The position numbers and the translations under genes were made by a program. A DNA stretch of 62,760 nt from positions 1-62,760 of the IMG/VR virus record IMGVR_UViG_3300044707_000497. The stretch is one strand, 5' to 3'. The DNA is from a virus (taxonomy: Duplodnaviria; Caudoviricetes). The notes under the pieces are model-generated. The model saw only the letters and a program-made list of their open reading frames with translations, did not search any database and was not told the DNA's origin. Below are positions 45,293 through 54,200 of the stretch, in pieces. Position 1 is the stretch's first letter; the number at the start of each line of letters is the position of its first letter.

Positions 45293-48200
45293 AGCGGAGT
45301 GTCCTTGGCTCGTTTGACGGCGGCGTCGGCTGCTTTGATGCGATCCTTGGGAGCGATCTTCTTCGCGGCATCGCTCGGCTCGTATTTCTTGTAGCGCCCG
45401 CTACGAATCATCGCGATGTCCTCCTTGCCGATGCGATTGGCTTTAAGAATTTCCTCGGCCTTCTTCGGAGAGATTTTGCCCAGCCCGATAGCCGCCAGCA
45501 CATCGTCGCGGAAATCAGCGGTGAGGCGGTAGGTCGCGTCGTTGGCTCGTTCGTAGGCATCGGCAATCTGGTCGGGCGAGCGAGTGCCCTTGGAGTTAAA
45601 CTCGCGGGTGAAGAGGGATGAGGCATCGCGGATGTCGCGGCTGAACTTTGAAGCCTTGAATCCAAGAGCCGCTTCGACATCGACCTCGGTGATGCGTTGC
45701 CCTGCTGCCAAGCCGAGGAGTTCGTTGGCGAGATTGTAGGCGCGTCCGCTGTCGCTCACAGCCCCCGCTCCTGCCTTAATGATTCGGCCTGCGGTGTCAA
45801 ATGCCCCAGGGCTGAAAGCCTTCCAAATCCGCTCGGTGGTTTTCGCTGCAATGTTTGCTCCGGTGTCCTGCGGGTTGTAAATCGGGCGTCCGGTGGCGTC
45901 TTGGTTGCGGAGGACATCGACAATCGCTCCGCTGACCAACTGCTCGCTCTTGAATGGACGGATCAATTCGCTTGCCGCCTCCATTGCGCCTCGGGTAATG
46001 CGCTCCATTGCTTCCGCGTCGTCGCGGGCTGTGAGCGAACGCACAAAAGCGCCAGATGCTTTTTTCCAGTAGTCGTAAGGATCGAGGAAACTCACATCCA
46101 CATAGCTCACCTTGCCGTCCTTGTTTTTAGTCAAGAGAAGCTGCGAGTTCTTCTGCCAGTTAGGCAGGAAGCGGCGAAGGCGCTCTTCGTCGTCTCGTCC
46201 AATGCCCGCCAGCGCCATCATGCCAGTTGCCACTGCTCCAGGGCCGAATGCCGCAAACACCATCCCGCGAGCCCTTTTCCAGCCGATAGCCTGTAGCTCT
46301 TTATTGCCTGTTCGATTACCCTCGGTGATCTCGTAGCGGGCGAGCTTCATCAGGTTGATCGAGGTGCGAATGACTTCGGTAGTGAAAGTGATGAATGGAG
46401 CTACAAACGGGAACGCCTTGACCTTATCAAGTGCGGCGGGAGAGAGGCTGTAGGTCGGGCGGATGTCGCGAACGATCTTTGCCGCATGATCTTTGACCTG
46501 TTCGGGGCTCCAGCCTGGCATCGCTTTCGTGTATTTATCGACCTCGGCCATGTAGCCCATGACCTTCCAGAAGTCGTCACTTGAAGCGTAGGCTTTCTGT
46601 GCGGTATCCCATACTGCTCCGGCTGATTTTTGCAGCTTTCCAATCAAGTGATTTGAGAACTGCTCTTCAGTCTTGGAGAAGCGTTTTGCCTCCATGAGTT
46701 GACCAAGCATGTTTCCTACAATCGACTCGCCGATGACACCACGGCGAACGAGTTCCTGCATCTCGTTCATCATCGCCTTTCGGAAATCCGCTTCTTTTGG
46801 GTAGGCGTTAAAGGCGCTGCGGAAGCTCATGTTGAAGGCTGTGCCCATGCGGTCTTTGAGCTTCGGAATGTCGGAGAACCCGAAGTTTCCTGCTGCCACA
46901 TCAAAGAGAATGTTGCCGAGGTTGTTTCGGACTTGCGCGACGGGGGACAGCACGGTCTTCGCCGCCATCGACCAACCCGTGACCTTCGAGAGCGCCCGCA
47001 CCCAAGCGTAATTGTCGGAGACTCCGTTCTGTGGAAACATCTGGTAGAGCGCCTCGACGAGGAGCTTGTCGCCGTGAAGCCCTGCAAGGGGAGCCAGTGA
47101 TTTATTGTTGTCAGAGGAAATTTTCAGGTAGCCCCTAGGGCGGTCTGCTTCAGGGCCGTTGTAGAGCCAGCCTTCTTTTAGGCCCAACCCGCGAAGATCG
47201 GAGAGGAACTGGTGGTTGGCTACGAGAGAGGACATCTTCATCACGCTCTTGGCGTAGTTGATCGTAGGGTCTTCATAGCGGCCCCAGAGGGCTTGAATCT
47301 CGGGGGAGATGTTGCCGCGAGTGTCGAAAATCGAGAGGTCTTTTTGCCCAGGGATGCGCCCGCGCAAGATCACGCTGCCCATGCCGTCTTCGCCGATAGC
47401 GAGGAGGTCGTCTATGGCTTTGTCGATCTGCTCCTGCTTGGCTGTGCCCTTGGTCTGCGCCTGCGCGTCGGCCTTGGAAATAAACCCGCCTTCGCTCTCG
47501 GTCTGGCGGATGAGTTCGGCGGCGTTGCGTTGCTCGATGTTGCGCTTGATAAGACGCTCGGCGGCCTGCATGACCTTGGTGTTTTCCCGCACCTGCTTGG
47601 CCCACTTTTCATTGTCGAAGATTTCGTAGGAGCGGTGGAGGTAGATGCCGAGATTAGCTTCCACGGTCGCAGCCATGCTGGGATCAAGGATGCCCGAATC
47701 TTTGAGCATCGCTGAGTAGTAGGCGATATGTTCGTTCATCTCGCTGACCGCATCGGCTACATTGGCTGGGAGCGCGGCGAGCGCGGCCCGTTGCTTGACC
47801 TTGAATGCCTCGCGGTTCTTGGCGAGGTGGGCGGCTTCCAATGTGTTTGCCTCCTCCTCGTCGATCTCGCGCATCCGGCGCACTTCGGAACGCTGGGCTT
47901 GGGTGAGCGGGTTGTCGAGGTTGCCGAGTGCCGTATTCATTGTCTCGGTTGAGACTTCGACCCCTGACTTCTTGGCGGCTTTGACGGCGCTAACGAGGCG
48001 CGTCGAAAGAGTGTCGATCACGCGGGCGGCGGCTGTGATCTGCTGGCGCGATGCCCGCCACTTGTCGCCCGCCTGTTTGTCGAGCTTGCCATCGGGCGAA
48101 AGCGCCCCGCCTGCCGTGTAAGTCCCGCCGTTAAATGTCGTCTTCGACTCCGCTCCCGTGAGCTTGGCGATCATCTTCATCGCCTCGCCTGCGGGTGACA

Positions 48201-51200
48201 TCGGCGCTTTTGTCATAGCCCATGGCTCGACAAGGATAGCGTCTTCCGGCGCGATATTTTCGGTTGAATACGGCTCAACCGCTTTTCGTTGATCCTCTGT
48301 AAATTCTATTCTTGCCTCTACATCACGGGACTCAATTTCTCCTGCTATTTTTTTGTAAATTTCAAAATTGGCATTCTTGTTCATTACCCACCCAGCACCA
48401 TATTTTTTCTCAGCTTCAAAAACATGTTTGGCGATTGGGTTCTCTATGGTCTCCTTACTTACCCCATATTTTTTGTAGAGGCCGTCTAGTTGTTTTTTTA
48501 AACTATCTACGAGTGACTTTTGACGTGTAACTTCTGCGGCATCTACTTCACGCCCGAAAACGATAAACTTTTTCTTTTTAGGGGTCTCAGCGATAATTTT
48601 TTCTGCTTTTTCAAGCCATGAACTGAGCTGTGTTTTTTCAGCTAACAATTCTGCTATCCTGCGGGAGTTTTGTTTCATCTCCATAGGGACGACTGTTGAA
48701 GGACTGCCCCCCTGCGCAAAGCCCTCGCGGTCTTGTATCCAATGTTGAACTTCGTGCAATAAAGTCGCTAACGAGTCTTTGCTGATTTGGTCGTTTTGAT
48801 CTAATATGACTGAAGAAGATATAACATCTCCGACCCGCAGAGTGCCGTCCGCCAGCCGCTCAAGGGCGACCTTAAACTTTCTCCCCGACTGAATGTTGCC
48901 CCCGATTGGAAAAAATGGAATCTCTTTGGCTTCTGGATAAGCATCGTAGAGAGCCTTGTGGTTAAGGACATCTGCGAGTTTTAAATAACCCCCGCTGCCT
49001 ATTCTCTCCGTAACACTGTCAAGAGAAACACTGCCAAATACTTCTCCGCCAAAAGCTCGTTTAGCTTTTTTCCGGTAATCGTCCATAGAGACAAACCCCG
49101 CCTTGTCGTCAGGTATCTCCCACCGCATCTTGCCATCATACTTTCCAGGGAACCAACCCGTCACTGCGCGAATCTCCTCAGATGTTTTCCCGTCTGCCGC
49201 CATTGCCCTAGCGGCCTCCAAACTGTCGCGCTTAAATTGCGGCATATCCGCTTTCTCTCCTCCGTAAGTCGCACGAGGCGCGGGCACGCCGATCATTTGC
49301 TCCACGGCGCGTTGCACCCCAGCTTCGGTTTGCGGGGTTTGGATGAACGCGAGGACATTGTCGAGCCCTTGGGTGAGGAGGCTGTCGCCGCTTACATCGA
49401 AGCCGTAGATGATGTCTTTGAAGTAGGCGAAAATTTGATCGAGGAGATTGCGGATGTAGCCGCCCTTCTTCGGCAGACCTTGCATTGGCGCGGCTTGCTG
49501 AAGGAAGATTTGAAACTCTGGATTCGTGAGAATCTCGGTGATGAACTCATCCATGTTGGTGAGCCCGTAGAACAAGTCGCCTGGGGCACGGCGAGCTTTA
49601 GCCTGGCTGAGTGTTTGACCTGCTCTCGTGTATCGCCCTAGAGCGAGTCGCTCGGCATGCTTAAAGATTTTCTCCATATCGCGGAAAGCGGCTCGCTCGA
49701 CACGGTTGAGCGGATACCCCTTCTGCGTTTTCCAGAAAAAGACATGGTGCAAGGCTTCGTGAACAATCGTCTGAGCAATGCCGCCTTCGTGGGGGCTGTC
49801 CAAGTTGACGCTAATTCTTCCGCTCTTTGCTTGAGTGCCTGGCTCGTAGAGTCCAGCATATTTTTCAGTGGTCTCCGTGAAGCGCACCTTCGAGAAATCA
49901 AACCCGAGATCAAGGAGCATCTGTGCCACATGGCGAAGTGGCGCGGGAACAGTGTCGTCGCCCGCAATGTTCGAGAGCATCTTTGGCACATCCTGCATGT
50001 AACCCATCTCGATCTCATTCGGTGTCAGGATTCCTTCGTCAATGAGCTTGTCGTAATCTTCTTCAGTGATTCCGTTGTAGAAAAGAATGTCCGATACGTT
50101 AGCGGCACGAAGATCAGCTTGGTCTTGATCGGCTTGATCTTGGTTTTTAGCTCTGATGATTCGCGGCTTTGCTGCTGGGCTCTGAACTTTTTGAAACTCT
50201 ACCGCATTTCCGTTTTCGTCCGTGTCGAACGAATAAACGGGGTAGCGGTTAATCAACTCCGAAAGCTCTTCGCGGATAGCGTCATCTTCTGTAATCGAAG
50301 GTTTAACTTCTGTTTCAAAGTCTGTTCCTCGAAAATAGGCTCTTTCAGCTTGATCTCTTTTTTGTTCTGCGGCTTTTAATTCTTGTCCCAGTTCTTGAGA
50401 TACCCTTCCAGTGTCGGCTCCTTGTTCATTGACTCGCGACAAGACCGCTCGATAATTAGATTTAGCCTGGTCCCAGTCGCTTTCTAATTTTGTCACCCGC
50501 TCAAGTGACCTGTCTATATCTTCTTGGGTGACGCCAGGTTGTCCATACCCATCTCTATCGACTAAAATTTCTACGATACGAGGCTTTGACTCTTTTGAAA
50601 TGGTCCCTTCATTGCTGTTATACCCTTTAGACTTATACTCAACTGATTGAGGTTCTATAACTAGAGTAATGCCCCCCGCACCGATTGATTGATTTGGCTT
50701 AGTGCTGTCAATAGTGATGTTGGTTCCGTTACGAATCCCATTCAAAATTTTAGGGATGTCTTCGGCGTCTCTTACAGTATGAAGAACGTGGGGCGTCTTA
50801 AACGCTGCGGGGCTCTGTGGCGCGTCCTCCGATTCCATCTTGCTTTCTTGTTCCAATAACTTCTCAAACGCCGCTTTCTCTGCCGCTATCTCTTCTTCAG
50901 TCTTCGGAAGCTCGGTTGCTTCGCGCATCTCGCGGTTTGTCGGGCGGCCTGCTTTTGCACGCTTTGCTTTTTTAGCCGTGGGCTTGGTTACTTGGTTATT
51001 ACCTTCTGGCTTAACTTCTGCCTCGCCCTGGGGCGCGGGAATCGAACTTTTATCACTCTGGCTTTTCGCAGCCTTGGCTGCGGTCTTTGGCTCCGCTTTG
51101 GCTTCAGCCACTCCACGAACGGCTTTTAGAAGCTCACTCGGGGCAGCTTTATACTTGGTGCCACGGAAGGTGAAGTTCCATGAATCCATGAAGGCTTTTC

Positions 51201-54200
51201 CAAGCTCCGAGGAAGGATTGATGTTTACTCCAATGAGCTTGAGGATCGCGTTGAAGGCATCGCGGATCATGCCGTTGAAAGTGCGCTTGTCGGCGTTGAC
51301 CGCTCCGAAACCAAGCTGGGAAAGAAGTTTAACGAAGTCGGGGCTTCCCGTCATCTCAACAATAAACTCGTCGAGGTTCTGGAGTCCGTTGTATCGGCGG
51401 GAGCCTTCCTCGCCGCTTGCGATCATAGCCTTCAGAGCCTTCTCGTAATTAGCGAGGCGGGCTTCCGGCGTGGTCGCTCCGGCCTTGTCGGCTGCTGCCT
51501 TCATCGCGGGGCTGGCGTTGCCTGCCTTGAGAATGGCAGCACGGCGCATCCGTTCTAGGTCTTTGATGATGCGGTCTTCCTGCGCGGTGGTCTTTACCTT
51601 GCCGTGGACTTTTGCAAAAGTAGCGACGTGGGCGAGTTCATGTAGCACAGTCTGCAAAGGAGTCTCGCGGTCGTGGGCTTGATCGAGATTGATGTAAACG
51701 CCGAACGCACTGTAATCGGCATTCCGCCCTAGAAGACCGCCCCAGACTGCACGATCCTTGGTTCCAGTCTTGAGGAAGTTCGCGGCTTGGACTTCGATGT
51801 TGTCGAGCTTGAGCCCGCGCTTTTCCATTTCAAGAAAAGCCTTGGCGCGAACCTGCATGTCGCGTGGTGCTTTGTTCTTTGGATCGGCGAGGCGGGTCAG
51901 GAGTTCACGGGTGGATTCAAACGCTCCGAACCGGACGAGTTCGTTGAAGTTCAGGTCGCGGAGTTTGCCGTAGTCGCCTTCCTTTTCAGCGGCGAGGATT
52001 GCATCGGCGTAAGCCCCGACGAGTTCCTGGTCGCCCAATTCAACGAGGCGTTCGATGCCTGGAGCCACGGAAACCACGGCGTCCTGTGCGGCTGCGGCTT
52101 TGTTCTCGTCGGCTCGGGAGTTGTAAGCGAGGTAGGCGCGATCCACTTCGGCATTGCTCATGCCGACCATTTGCTCGTCGCTCAACCCAACCTTGGCCTG
52201 CAAGAAGCGGCGCTTGATGCGCTGGAGCTTGGGGCTGCTCGGCTTGCGCCCTGGGGCACCTTTGATTTCTTTGGCTGCTCCCTTGGCTTTGCCTGGGGAC
52301 TGTGGGCTCCTTCTCTGGTAGGCTGCGGAAATCAGTTCTGTCGTTTTTTGTTTTACTTTGTTTTCCGCTATTTTTTTAGCCGTTGGCTGATCTATCCCTC
52401 GCTCAATAATTTTTGCTTGAGCCTCTTCGATTCGCGGTTTTTCAAACGCGTCCAACATGCCTTGTTGCTTTTCAGCATCAGGCTCATTTAAATAATCGTC
52501 GGCGAACTTCTCGTCTGGGGTCAGTGCTACTTGCTCTACAGCCGCTTCTGCTTCTGCGACTGGAGTTGCGGTCGCCGCTTTGAAAGTTTTGGTCTCTTGG
52601 TCATAGACCGTTTTTGTTTTTTTAGGCTCCGCTGTTTTAGTTTCCGCTTTGGGGGCTTTTGCCGCCGCATTGTTTAGCGCAAAAAGCTGAACGACTTGCT
52701 GTGAGGCGTCATCATCGGAAAGCGCGGCAATCTCATCTTCCGAAAGCCCTTCTGACTTCAGGATGTTTTGACGGTCTTGAAAAGACAGCTTGGCGTTCTG
52801 TTCTTTGGCAGCGGCTATGTTTTCGGCTGAGATTGCAACGCGGCTTTTCGGTTCTGCTCTTCTCGGGATAGCGTCATCAGCCTTGACACCAGCAACTTCT
52901 TCTGCCAACTCAGCGGCTCGTCGTTCAACGGAAGCGAGAAGTTGCTTGAAGGTTCTTCTGTCTCGGAGGAAGAGGAGTTGTTCTTCGACTGTTCGTTTGA
53001 GTTCATATTGGGATGTTCTATCTGGGGCGTTGAGGTAATCAAGCGCAAGGAGTTCAAGTTTAGTAAGCGATTTTTTCCATTCTTCAAGTTTTTCGAGGAA
53101 CCCTGACTCAAGCGCAGTCTTTGCCAGCTTGTCGGCTTCGACCATTGTTTCCAGTTCTTCAACCGACAATTTGCCTGGGGCTGCTAGTTCTACCTTACTC
53201 GCTCCTTTTTTCCCTTGTTTTGAGTCTTGAATGAGTTGACTCGCGGTAAGATTGTCTCCTTGAGCATCTTCTCCATCCTCTTTTTTAGCGTCCATCGAGA
53301 CATCATCTGGCCGTAAACTAGCGAATTTTAAAGCCTCAGTTTTAACTTGTTCGAGCGCGGCGATATGTTTACTAGGCGACGCAAAAATACTAAGCTCGCC
53401 GCCTAATGCTGTTACCGTTCGGTTTACAAGTTTGGTTTCTTCAGTGTTCTGTGGCCGCCCTTCGAGAACCAATTTCGGTATTTCAGACGCATTCGTGCCT
53501 GAAACAAAAAGCTCGGCGGTTTTAGCAACCAATCCCGCTGCCCCTTTGACCTCGGCACCTTTCTTAGGCTCCAAAGATATTTTAGACAGCGCATTTTGAA
53601 TTTTATTAGCTGCGAGCTTTCGGTATTCTTCCTGCCCTTGGAGTCCCAACCCACTTAAACTATCGCTGGCAATTTGTGACTCTACGCTTTTGAACCACGG
53701 TTTTGAGATCACCGAAAACAGCATCTCGATTAGCGGAGAAGCCCCTTGAATTCTTTTAGCTGCTTTGGTTGTAGCGTCGGTGCCAGCTTTTTCTCGGCTC
53801 GCTCTGTTTTGGTTCGAGGCGTCAACCTTGATGTTCTTGATGGCTTGGTTCTTTTTGTAGGCGTTCTCAAACGAACCTTGAGGGTCTGTGGCGTTGAACG
53901 TCCCGACATTTATCCCATTTTCTTCATACTCGGCTGTGACCACTATAGAGTAGTCCTTACCCTCGACGGGTCGAACCGTCATCCAAGCTGGGGCAGGGGT
54001 ATTATTTGGAACCCGAACCTCGACTCCTTGGTTCATAACCCGAAGAACATTGAGTTTTTCTGCCTGCTGCGTTCTTTCCGCGTTCTGCGGCCTCACCTTT
54101 TTCGGCGCGTATGTGAAGAAAGAGCGGTTTACCGTCGTCCCATCTTTTTTCCTAAAGAGTTTTGTGGATACCGTGAAAGGTTTACCCAGTCCGTCTTTGC

